Shown here: positions 43,390 to 53,245 of the stretch, in pieces
How the letters are laid out: every line of letters begins with the position of its first letter
How positions within the stretch are numbered: position 1 is the stretch's first letter
Assembly: GCA_000091205.1 (NCBI GenBank)
Contig: AP006494.2
Direction: 5' to 3' (one strand)
Origin: Cyanidioschyzon merolae
Taxonomy: Eukaryota
DNA length: 64,000 nucleotides
Notes under the pieces: model-generated
The model's database searches: none
What the model saw: the letters and a program-made list of their open reading frames with translations, nothing else
What the model was told of the DNA's origin: nothing
Position numbers and translations under genes: made by a program

Positions 43390-44130
43390 GCGTACGATCG
43401 CGAGCGAAACTGTTTCTATGTGCATAGTGAGGGCGTATTCGATGTCAGAAACAGACTGGGTCACGTTTCCGGTACACTGGTCATGCGGATCATCAGAATG
43501 CTGTTACCAGTGGCATTGGAAATGCGATGATGCGCTTGCATCCGCGTCTGAACACAATGTGGGCTTTCGCGAGCTCCCCCGGACTGCATGCGACGCGTGA
43601 GCACGCATCGCGCACCGATCGCCACAGCTGTTTGCGCGTTTGTGGAACAGCAGCTGCCTTGGCGCTCCGACTTGTCGCTGAAGCACCTCATTGCGATTCG
43701 GTGGCAACGCAGATCCATTGCAGGCGTCAGCATCCGTCCCTGGGCAATGTCCAGGTTGCAGGTACGCGATCCATGCTTCAGCAATATGCACAAAACATAA
43801 TGATAGCCTCGTGACGCTTGCAGAGCAAACGTCGTCCGAGTCCCTTGTTTGGGCTGATGCACATGAACCAGAGATCCCGGGTTGCGCGATGGACGCTGTT
43901 TTCTTGCACTGACGGCAACTTTCGGGAAATCGCCCTAGATCCGGGTACTCCCCAGTCCAGTAGGGCGCCGCAGCGTATCGAGCAGCGCACGCTCTAGGTG
44001 GACACCATGGCAATGTCCAAAATAATCCATTTTATACTGATTTACCTCCGGATCACTCGTGGACGGTACGTAGCGCCTGCCGCGATCCGGCCCGCAGCGC
44101 TTTGTCCATCCTGAACTGTTTCGTCCGCGA

Positions 44131-44733
44131 GTGCTTCTATTTTTGTTGACGAAGACGCAGAATGCCCCGTGCTCGATGGGTTTGATTTTCCATGTAGTGG
44201 TCCTCATCGCTGAGGGTATCTCGTTGGCGTTTCTAGGTTTTTCTCTTTTGGTAGGTATTCAGGCGCTCACTGGTCTCGCGGAGGAGTTCCCAACTTCGTC
44301 CAAGCGACTGTTACGGGCGCTGGCACTGCTCGTGTTGCTTCTGCAAGTGCTACTCCTTGCGATCGACGGCCTTCCTCCTGTGCCAGTGGCGGTTGGCTGC
44401 CTCGCGCACTACACCTACTATTTATGGACTTGGAAGGACAACTTTGTTCGTGTGCGCGTGCGGCAGCTCCTGTTGATCAGCACTGTTGTACTGTTTCTCG
44501 TGTCCAACGTAGTGTGGGCGCAAACGTTATGGCACTTTTACGACCCGTGGATATACAGCCATCGTATGACAAGCGATGTGGCAAGTTGGCGCGAGGGTTT
44601 GCTGGCGCGGAACACGTTTACTGCCGCACACATCATGTTTATTTGCGTCTGGCTCTTGCCACTAAGTCTGCTCCTGGTCTTTGGAAGCAGAGAGCGCGAT
44701 GCAGAAAATAGTTTTGCACGCGACCAATCATGA
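44131..44733 (+). CDS. Predicted small multi-pass membrane protein (about 200 aa, 4-5 hydrophobic segments); family not recognised
   Basis: Hydrophobic segments LIFHVVVLIAEGISLAFLGFSLLVGI, LRALALLVLLLQVLLLAI, LLISTVVLFLVSNVVWAQ and ICVWLLPLSLLLVFG in the ORF-track ORF. Confidence 0.35.
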   Translation: MLLFLLTKTQNAPCSMGLIFHVVVLIAEGISLAFLGFSLLVGIQALTGLAEEFPTSSKRLLRALALLVLLLQVLLLAIDGLPPVPVAVGCLAHYTYYLWTWKDNFVRVRVRQLLLISTVVLFLVSNVVWAQTLWHFYDPWIYSHRMTSDVASWREGLLARNTFTAAHIMFICVWLLPLSLLLVFGSRERDAENSFARDQS

Positions 44734-45101
44734 ATGGCTAGTCTCCTGGCTCCATAGACGCATCGTGCGTGTTGTCAGCGATGCTGCGGGGCGTCTGGAC
44801 GGGAGCGGGCTGCTTGCGTGGTTGCGCGTGGGCGCTGGCGACCCGCCGCAAGACCTGCATGATGCCAGGCACTGGTCTGGATGTTGTGAGCTGCAGGCAC
44901 CGAAGCGAGTGTACGCAGACGGGTAATCGTCAAAGACGCAGCGCCGGGGCGGTTGCCCAGAGCGGATGTGTTGCCGTCTGCTGCAGCCGCTGGGGTATGC
45001 GCATCTCTTCTGGCAAGTTTCGATGATGCACATTGACTACGGATATTTATTCGGATTGCGGGACGGTTTCGATGCATACAGAACGACCGAATCCTAGCTA
45101 G

Positions 45102-46601
45102 TCACATAATAAAGACCTTGCGGCATATATCGCGACTAAACTCGTGACCCGTTGCAGGGTCGCGCACAAAGCGTCCATCAGGTCGTTGTTCGGTAAGCAG
45201 GTCCACAGCTTCGGCACTGTACACGTTGCCGTTTGGTAAGACAATTGGCGGATTATGCTCATCCATCAGTTTTCCGGTAACGCGGCATAGCAGAATGGAG
45301 TGCGTATGCGAGCTGTATGGGAGGTCCTTGGCAAGCGCGTTAAAGGGATAAGCGCAGGTCGGACACAGTCGAGCGCGATCGCCCAGCGCACTGACATGCT
45401 CGTCGAAAGCCGAGGAAGCGAGCTGGCCTCGCTCAGCGTCGCCTGTCGACATGCTGACTTCTTGGTGTCGCGCATGCCCGACGGGGCCCTCTATTGACGT
45501 TGGGCCTTGGCTCGCTCTCCCTGCACGTGTCGCAGGGTTCGTTTCCAAGGTGTACGGCTTGCACTTGCGGGTCTTCAGGGCGGCGAGGCCCGGCTCAATG
45601 AGCAGATCGAGCAACGGCACGGATGGTAGCATATTCAATTCAAAATGGGTGGATAGGAACTTTTCGATCAGAGTATCCCACCGTTTCGGATCATAGAGCC
45701 GCCTGTAGGGTTCGCATGATGTTTCCGGCGGATATGCCAGCAGCGTGACGCATCGTTTCACCAGAGCGTACTCCTCCAGCGCGCGTGGATCGGCGTCAGC
45801 GTCAGGCTTGCTCGCAAGGAGTCCATTGAAATGTTTCCGAGCATAGAGCACTGCCGCATTCACCTCACGTGCCCGACATAGTTCTATAAACTCTTGAACT
45901 CTGAGGTTCAGCTCTAGACTGGAGCCCAGTCGAGACAAGCGACGGCGATTTTCCGCACAGTACTGAAGCGCCTCGGTAGCGCGATTCGCTCGCAGCCCAA
46001 CCACCACTGGAACTATGGCTTCAAATACGCCCATGTCAACAAAGGGTGCCAGTCCCCAGCGCTCAATAGCGCGTCGCGCAGTTTCGAGATACCCCTGTCT
46101 GAGCATGAAATCGACCAGGAAACGAAGCAGGCGATGCTGGGTGGCGTCCGTGGATACCTCCCTTTGGCTCAGGTCGCATTGTCCGCTGTCCATCGCCGGC
46201 TCCCTAGCACGCTCGGTTGTATCTTTTGCATCAGAATCCGTGACCTGGTATCTCGCAAACGCCGGGGTTTGGGCGCTCTCTTGCGCCAAGTCAAGCATTT
46301 GGGTATCGAGGCCAGCCTCCGTCAGCAAAATCCTCAAACGCTGCCTCAAGTTACTGATCTGCTCCTGGTCTTTTCGATCCCAGCTCTCCAATGCAGTACG
46401 GAACTCGTCAATTTCTTTTGAAAGCTCTTCAAGGACGCTCGCCACAGTGGCACTGTCACCAGCGTCACCAAGCTGGCTGAGAAGCGTTCGCAGCTGCTCC
46501 GCCTTGCGATCGCAGAGCCGTTTGTGATTACGCAGGTTCACTTGAAAGGCCTCAGCTGGCAAGACCAGCATGGCTCTTTCGAGCTCCATGGTTTTACGCA
46601 C
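45102..46601 (-). CDS. MAEA/Fyv10-like subunit of the GID/CTLH E3 complex (LisH-CTLH-CRA plus degenerate RING-Gid)
   Basis: C-terminal CPTCAYPFNALAKDLPYSSHTHSILLCRVTGKLMDEHNPPIVLPNGNVYSAEAV resembles the MAEA/RMD5 RING-Gid region (NPPMMLPNGHVY...). CTLH-like helical middle region. Confidence 0.65.
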   Translation of the reverse strand: MRKTMELERAMLVLPAEAFQVNLRNHKRLCDRKAEQLRTLLSQLGDAGDSATVASVLEELSKEIDEFRTALESWDRKDQEQISNLRQRLRILLTEAGLDTQMLDLAQESAQTPAFARYQVTDSDAKDTTERAREPAMDSGQCDLSQREVSTDATQHRLLRFLVDFMLRQGYLETARRAIERWGLAPFVDMGVFEAIVPVVVGLRANRATEALQYCAENRRRLSRLGSSLELNLRVQEFIELCRAREVNAAVLYARKHFNGLLASKPDADADPRALEEYALVKRCVTLLAYPPETSCEPYRRLYDPKRWDTLIEKFLSTHFELNMLPSVPLLDLLIEPGLAALKTRKCKPYTLETNPATRAGRASQGPTSIEGPVGHARHQEVSMSTGDAERGQLASSAFDEHVSALGDRARLCPTCAYPFNALAKDLPYSSHTHSILLCRVTGKLMDEHNPPIVLPNGNVYSAEAVDLLTEQRPDGRFVRDPATGHEFSRDICRKVFIM

Positions 46602-47418
46602 CCCGCTATAGGACGAAAGGAAAACCCCTGCACACTCGTATGGAACGCGTGCTAAGCAAACCTAGCTGCGACGAGTACCCGAGGCTGCGGCTGCAACCTG
46701 CCTGTTGGCGAGGCGATCTGCGTCCGTTACGATGGGCGTCACGCGCTGCAGCGGCGCGACGCTGGGGTCGTCACCCGGCCCTGTGGGGGCACACGCGCTT
46801 CCACGGCAGTAGAGGTCGTCTAACGCCGATGCGAAGCCCTGAACACGGGTATACATGGTGGAGCGCTTCAGCACCCAAGAGCCGCTATCTGTGTTCCTGA
46901 TTAGTAGTGGTAGCAGATGTTGTTGCTGTAGCTGTAGATGCAGCACGAATTGGAGATGCTCTCAGCAATTTCCCATCTGTGGGCCAGAGCGTCCGAGGAA
47001 CATCTCATCGACACAAGGGTCCTTGCTCGTTCTGTCCACAACTAGTTTCGCGAGGAACCTGTAACAGAGCTGACGCGCTCGCTATCCCGTCCGAATCGGT
47101 AGCGTTCCAGAGGCTCACTTTGCCAGCAACCTGCCTGTCGCTTGACGCACCTTCAGCAATGCTATTGGAGCGGTCGTTGGCGCTGCAGGCCACCAGGGCC
47201 TCAGCGCAAACTGCCCGTTCGAAGCTGGTCTCGTGAACGCTGACGGGACAAGTTTTGAACTTGGATGGTATGCCGTCCAGAACGATCCCCGTATCGGTGC
47301 TGCGTGAAATGGTGCTTGCAAGTTAGAAAGGGTTACTGCATCGCCTGCTGAACGCGCGATGGATCATGCCTTTTCTATGAACGTGACTCCTGCTCTTTTT
47401 ATTTGCGGGTTCTGGGTT

Positions 47419-47432
47419 TGTGTGTGTGTGTA
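47419..47432. repeat. (GT)7 microsatellite
   Basis: gtgtgtgtgtgtgt. Confidence 0.8.
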
Positions 47433-47959
47433 TAAAATCATATACGCTATACGGGGCTTCTCGATTGCGTGATGCTCATCGGCTACCGGGAAGACGTCCA
47501 GCGTTCCGCACCAGAGCAGCGCGTTTTCCCTGCCATCAACGCGAAACCCCGGACATTCCCCTTCATGAGATCCCTCGTCAACGAGCGTATGGTGCAGTCC
47601 AGAGGGGACTGAGTGATGCGGAAATTCCTTCGTTATATAGGGTCGAATTCTGGTGCAATTTCAGGGAGACACGGTGGCGTCGTCATCACGAGCTCACCTG
47701 TGCAGATGGCCTCCATTCGGTGAGCTGGTGTGGCGGACGCCCCCGTCCCGCCCTCAAGTCTCTATCGCCGGAGGCATTACCTGAGCACGCAGCGGCTCGC
47801 AAATGCGAGTTGCATGCCCCAGTCTGGGTCAGTACGCACCGGCACCCTGTCGATACGAGGCAGCGGTACTGGCAACGGGATCCAAACCCCTGCCAGATGC
47901 AGTGCTGGGGAATTTTAACGGGTACTCGGGGCGCTGCCCTGGGCCGCTCCCGAGGATCG

Positions 47960-47974
47960 CCCCCCCCCCCCCCC
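47960..47974. repeat. Poly-C homopolymer, about 15 nt
   Basis: cgccccccccccccccccagc. Confidence 0.85.
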
Positions 47975-48304
47975 AGCACCGAATCCCCTGGTACGGCACG
48001 ATTCAGGGATTAAATTTTTGAGTTTTGAGCGAGTTGCAAGAGCGATCTCCCGCGACCAGCACGATTAACAGCAGCTAATACCTCTGTCCGAGTATCGAAA
48101 AGATCTGGAACCTTTAAAAGCGTTTCTTTTGTGTGCGTGTGTCGCAGAGCAGAGGACTGTATACTGCCCACTACTGCCTGCTCCTGCGCACTGTAGGGAC
48201 TCCGTCCGGAACCGGTAGCTGGCGTGCCCGGAGCGCGACGCAGCGTGCCTGTACGCAGGCTGCATAGAGCAGTGCGCTCGCTTGCTTCAGAAATAGAGCA
48301 GCGA

Positions 48305-49681
48305 ATGACCTCTGGATCGAATCCTGCAGAGGCTGTAGAGAGCAGCGTGCTTGCTGACGGCACGTACGACGTGGTGATTACTGGAACCGGCCTCACCGAG
48401 TGCATCCTTTCAGGGCTGCTCTCCAAGCGAGGTTTCAAAGTGTTGCATATCGATCGCAATCCATACTATGGCGGTGCGTGCGCCTCGTTGGATCTCCAGC
48501 AGATGTGGAAAAAGTTCTGTTTGTCGGGTTCGATTCCCGAGGAACTGGGGAGTGCTCGTGAGTACAACATCGACCTGATTCCCAAGTTTATCCTTGCGAC
48601 TGGGAAGCTGGTGCGGATTCTCGTTTATACGGGAGCGACGCGTTACCTGGATTTCAAGCTGGTTGACGGATCCTTTGTTCACACAGGTGACCGACCGCAC
48701 CGCGTACCGTCGACACCCATGGACGCCCTGCGATCCAGCCTGTTTAGCCTTCTGGAAAAGAACCGTTGCCGTCAGTTTTTTGGGTTCGTCCAATCGTACG
48801 ATCCGGAGCAGGTCACCCAGCGGGGGCCCGATCCCAGAACGATGACCATGCGAGCGCTCTATGACTATTTCGGTCTCCAGGAGACAACGCGAACACTCAT
48901 CGGACATGCGATAGCGCTCTACACGAACGACGCCTATCTGGAATGGCCAGCGCTGCCAACCATCGAGCGAATCAAAGTTTACGCACAGAGTGTTGCCCGA
49001 TACGGCAGTTCCCCTTATATCTATCCGATGTACGGTCTGGGCGAATTACCCCAGGCATTCGCTCGACTCAGCGCTGTTCACGGGGGCGTCTATATGCTCC
49101 GAACCGACGTTGAAACGATTCTAACCGACACCGAAACTGGACGTGTATGTGGAATTCGGACCCCAGATGGCCGCGAAGCGCGTTGTCGCTTTGTTGTGGG
49201 CGATCCGAGCTACTTTCCAGATTTGGTGCATCGAGTGGGGCGTATCATCCGATGCTACTGTATCCTGCGGGCGGCACCGGCACACATCCGTGAAGCATCA
49301 TCCTGCCAAGTCATTGTACTGCACCGAGCAGTAGCCGCTGAGCGCCGCAACGACATCTACGTACTGGTACTCAACAGCGCACACCGCGTCGCTGCGCCGG
49401 ATCGCTATATCGCCTTGGTGAGTACCGTCATGGAAACCGCGGACGCGGAGCAGGAGATTGAGGCAGGTCTAGCAATTCTCGGTGGTGAAGCCAATATTCT
49501 CGCCCGTTTCCTCACGGTCGACGACGTTTTCGAACCGATACACGACGGTCGAGAATGCGGTATCTTTGTGAGCAGAAGCTACGACGCAACGACGCATTTT
49601 GAATCGACAACTGAGGACGTGCTCGATCTCTACAGGCGCATCGTCGGTGAAGAGTTGATGTTTGATGACAAGCCCGTTTGA
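48305..49681 (+). CDS. Rab GDP-dissociation inhibitor (GDI)
   Basis: YDVVITGTGLTECILSGLLSKRGFKVLHIDRNPYYGG...IPKFILATGKLVRILVYTGATRYLDFK...IYPMYGLGELPQAFARLSAVHGGVYML is the highly conserved GDI/REP signature. 459 aa from the in-frame Met at aa 28 of ORF 48224..49681. Confidence 0.9.
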   Translation: MTSGSNPAEAVESSVLADGTYDVVITGTGLTECILSGLLSKRGFKVLHIDRNPYYGGACASLDLQQMWKKFCLSGSIPEELGSAREYNIDLIPKFILATGKLVRILVYTGATRYLDFKLVDGSFVHTGDRPHRVPSTPMDALRSSLFSLLEKNRCRQFFGFVQSYDPEQVTQRGPDPRTMTMRALYDYFGLQETTRTLIGHAIALYTNDAYLEWPALPTIERIKVYAQSVARYGSSPYIYPMYGLGELPQAFARLSAVHGGVYMLRTDVETILTDTETGRVCGIRTPDGREARCRFVVGDPSYFPDLVHRVGRIIRCYCILRAAPAHIREASSCQVIVLHRAVAAERRNDIYVLVLNSAHRVAAPDRYIALVSTVMETADAEQEIEAGLAILGGEANILARFLTVDDVFEPIHDGRECGIFVSRSYDATTHFESTTEDVLDLYRRIVGEELMFDDKPV

Positions 49682-50823
49682 ACCTGGCGTAAATGCGTTG
49701 ATTTGTGCGCAGCAGCGTTTTACCTTTCCCAGGGAGCGGGGTCAAGGCGAATGAGTGCCATTGATGGAATCCAAGGCACGAGTCAACATGCTCACCGTAG
49801 GCTTGTCACCGATTTGCATGCACTGGTTGTCGCTCATTGCATCACAGGATGACAAGGCGAGCGCTCCTGCAGAACAGAGTGCCCAATCCCAGCGAATTGC
49901 ACCCACCGCCAAGTACACTGCGTGCGCGGCGGCAACGAAATGCACCCAGTGATCCATATTCGAATGAGCACCGAAGGCTTCTCTGTGCGCTGCAAATCCT
50001 GTCCGATTCTCTGCGCAGGAAGCGCACGAACAGCGCGCAGTCCGTCCGGGGGACAGCGAATGCTCGGCACAATCGCTGGGCCTCGGCAGGAACAGAGCGC
50101 CTGCTTGTGTTCCCTTCGACGAAAGAGGGCGACTTGTGAGCAATTGGTATCGATAAAGATGAGGTTCCATCGGGTTCTGAGCCGCACACGATGGCGCTTG
50201 CCCCCGCGCCTCCATAGACTCGCAATTTCCCTGGGGTAGAGATTTCAACCAAATGAAGCCGTGAGCGGCTCTGAGACAAAGTCTAGCGCCTTAAACCCTC
50301 TTGTTTGATACAGTACAAGAGTCGGCACAACCAGGTGATGCAAAAACAAGGTCCATAGCTTTGATTCATGCATCGCGGCGCTTTAGAGCGGATCGCCTAG
50401 GTGCATACTCTCGATCGATCTATCATTCATGCACCAGTGCGTAAATCCTCTTACGCACAAATCCTTGCATTTGCTGATACAGGAAGCACGCAGTCAGATA
50501 CCCTACCACAGCGTTCTTGCAACGATCCCACGGATGCAAACGGGTATCCGTTTGCATCATGGCTTTCAGTATGGCACATGCTTCTCGATCCCGGGACGGC
50601 GTCACAAGAGACGCTGCAACTGATGCAGCGCTCGGGACAGCTGCATGTTCACGCTCATCTTGCGGGCATTTTGTACAAGTCAGCGCCTTTCCAGAAACCG
50701 TTCGATATGCTTGCGGCAGCGTTTCGGGCAAGCTGCAAGCGACACACGTGACGAAGCTCCCGCCGTCACGTGTACGGGGCGTCCACGCGCATCCACCAGC
50801 GCCTGTGTATGTGTATGTGTTTT

Positions 50824-51678
50824 TCAAACACAAGACGAAGCGTCTCGCTGCATTGCGTCCGATGGTGATGATGATGATGCCTGAACGCCGAGCCACTCGA
50901 CCAGCGTCCTCACGCCGTGCTTCCCGCCAAGCGCCCTACGAACACGAGCAGGCAGAGGTTTTTCCATGAATTCACAACCCTCAACATCCAAACGCCGCAA
51001 GGACGGAGCGATGACCTGGATCCCGAGTGGCAGCTGTCGCAGACGAGCATTGCCACGGAGGTCGAGGCTCCACAACCGGTGCCAGAGACGAATGGAGTCG
51101 GGCAGCTCCTCCAGATCGCAGTACTCCAGTTTAACTACCCTGATGTTGCTCGTATGCATTGAGCAGAGCCCAATTATCCGCTTTAAACCCGTATAGCTGA
51201 GGTCTATAACACGGATTGGATGGGTGCACGCCAAACCGGTGATCAGCGTTTGAGGAAGCGCTTGGACTTGGGGATTGTGTGCCAGCGACAAGACTTCCAA
51301 CTCAGGTAAGCGAGCAAGCTCAAGACCATCCAGCGGCGACGCTAGATGATTATTTGACAAGTCTAGTACGCGAAGTGTTTCGCCGACTTCCTCAATCAGC
51401 CAGCTGGGAAAGTGTTGCAGCCGGTTGTGGGCAAGGTTCAGGTACCAAACGGGACACGGAGGCGTGTCAGGGCAGACTTCATTTTCTAAACACCGAAACT
51501 CTCTCCAAACCTCAAGTAACTCGACGTCTACAAGGCAAAGTCCACTCAGGTCGACAATACCGAGTTTGTCACCGACACTCCGCTCCAGTTTCCGCCGCGT
51601 CTCCGCAGCGAGGCAACGTCGGTCGTCGACGACATCCTTCGTGCAGCCTGCTCGCTGTAACTCGATTGCATGGTTCAT
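50824..51678 (-). CDS. Leucine-rich-repeat protein
   Basis: Repeated LxxLxLxxNxL units: LRVLDLSNNHLASPLDGLELARLPELEVLSLAHNPQVQALP, LWSLDLRGNARLRQLPLGI. Confidence 0.5.
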   Translation of the reverse strand: MNHAIELQRAGCTKDVVDDRRCLAAETRRKLERSVGDKLGIVDLSGLCLVDVELLEVWREFRCLENEVCPDTPPCPVWYLNLAHNRLQHFPSWLIEEVGETLRVLDLSNNHLASPLDGLELARLPELEVLSLAHNPQVQALPQTLITGLACTHPIRVIDLSYTGLKRIIGLCSMHTSNIRVVKLEYCDLEELPDSIRLWHRLWSLDLRGNARLRQLPLGIQVIAPSLRRLDVEGCEFMEKPLPARVRRALGGKHGVRTLVEWLGVQASSSSPSDAMQRDASSCV

Positions 51679-51943
51679 CCAGTGCTAACCTGCCAACCTT
51701 TCTATTCTGAATATGACAGAGACAGGGAGTTTTCCGTGTCACCAGTACCAGCAGCCGTGGCTAGGGACCCGCGTGTACCCCGGGCGGGCAACAGTTCTCG
51801 CAAGCTTCGCCACAGCGCATGCTCGCTCGACAGCGGCATGCGGTTTTGTTGGGACACAGCAAGCACCGGGTTGCTGTTGCAGGTTGCAGGGCTAGAACGC
51901 CCGATGCTATCCGGAGCGCGTTTTCCGCACGGGTTAAGATGAG

Positions 51944-53245
51944 ATGACCAGGCAGAAGCTTTTGGAGGAGCTCGAGCTGCGGCTACAGGAACGCAAACGG
52001 CGGGGGCTCTGGAGAGCGCTTCGCTCACCGGGTGAGGCCGGTGCTCAAGATCCGGCCTACGAGTTTGCATCAAACGACTATCTTAGCTTTGCACGAAGCC
52101 CTGAGCTGGAAGAACTCACAGCAAAGCTGGTTGAGGAGGCGCGATGGAGCGGGAGTCTCAGGAACGGCTCTGGTGGCTCGCGGTTACTCACAGGTGACTC
52201 GGGGTTCGCGCACGCCGTCGAGAAGCAGATTGCGCACTTCCACGAGGCAGAGGCTTGTCTGCTTTTCAACTCTGGTTACGACTGCAATCTCGGTGTTTTC
52301 AGTTGTATTGCAGCTGCCGGCCGGGACGTCGTGCTCGTTGACGAGCGCGTGCACGCGAGTATTCACGACGGATGTCGTTTGAGTCGAGCCCGCACTGTTC
52401 GACGCTTTCGACACAACGACCTCACTGATCTGAGGGAAAGTCTATCGACACTCCGCAAGGCGCTGGGCGACGAGTGCTGGATCTTCGTGGGCGTGGAATC
52501 CTGTTATTCAATGGATGGCGACCTACTAGCTCGCCCAGGAGAGCTACTCGACATGTGTGGTGCTTTTGGAGCGCTCCTTATCGTCGATGAGGCGCATTCC
52601 GTTGGTGTTCACGGACCGGATGGCCGCGGTCTCCTGCACCCATATAGAGCGCACCCAGCGCTGTTGGCGCGCGTGGTGACGTTTGGTAAGGCATTTGGTC
52701 TGCATGGGGCTGCGGTCCTGGGCGCACAACCACTCCTGCAGTATCTGCTGAACTATGCGCGACCGCTCATTTATAGCACCTCGCTACCACTGCACAGCTT
52801 GTGTGCTGTGAGCGCGGCGTACCGGCTCATGGCGACAGAGACCGCGGCACATCGGCGGAAGCTGCTCTGGGAGGCGGTTCGAATGTTCCATTCCCTCACG
52901 AGGGATCTGCGTTCGCGTTGCCCCCAGTTGCCACCGCCTTTAGTGAATCGGGAGAGTCCCATTCAGGCGATCATTATTCCCGGCAATGAAAACTGTGTCT
53001 TCGTGGCCAATGAACTTCGTCAGCGCGGTTTCGACGCCCGTCCAATTCGGTATCCAACCGTAGAGCGCGGAGCAGAGCGCATTCGAGTGGTGCTACACGC
53101 GCACAACACACCTGAGGCGATCAACGCCTTCGTACAGGCTCTGATCGATATCGTCGGGCAGCTTCCTAGTGCCATGTGTGACGCTAGGGGCACTCACCAG
53201 TCGGGTGCGCCGTTGCGTCCGGCGCTGTTGAACGCACGACTCTAA
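51944..53245 (+). CDS. 8-amino-7-oxononanoate (KAPA) synthase-like class-II PLP aminotransferase (BioF family)
   Basis: AONS/BioF-family pattern: ...DYLSFARSPEL..., SGYDCNLGVFSCIAAAGRDVVLVDERVHASIHDGCRLSRAR, YSMDGDLLARPGELLDMCGAFGALLIVDEAHSVGVHGPDGRGL (PLP-Lys neighbourhood lacks the canonical SxGKxxG; here TFGKAFGLHGAAVLG). Fits the expected 433-aa size. Confidence 0.72.
   Translation: MTRQKLLEELELRLQERKRRGLWRALRSPGEAGAQDPAYEFASNDYLSFARSPELEELTAKLVEEARWSGSLRNGSGGSRLLTGDSGFAHAVEKQIAHFHEAEACLLFNSGYDCNLGVFSCIAAAGRDVVLVDERVHASIHDGCRLSRARTVRRFRHNDLTDLRESLSTLRKALGDECWIFVGVESCYSMDGDLLARPGELLDMCGAFGALLIVDEAHSVGVHGPDGRGLLHPYRAHPALLARVVTFGKAFGLHGAAVLGAQPLLQYLLNYARPLIYSTSLPLHSLCAVSAAYRLMATETAAHRRKLLWEAVRMFHSLTRDLRSRCPQLPPPLVNRESPIQAIIIPGNENCVFVANELRQRGFDARPIRYPTVERGAERIRVVLHAHNTPEAINAFVQALIDIVGQLPSAMCDARGTHQSGAPLRPALLNARL

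Noticed and set aside
49742-50248. 168-aa Cys-rich minus-strand ORF plus overlapping + strand ORFs
   Set aside because: Several overlapping GC-driven ORFs with no recognisable domain. It is left unannotated rather than guessed.
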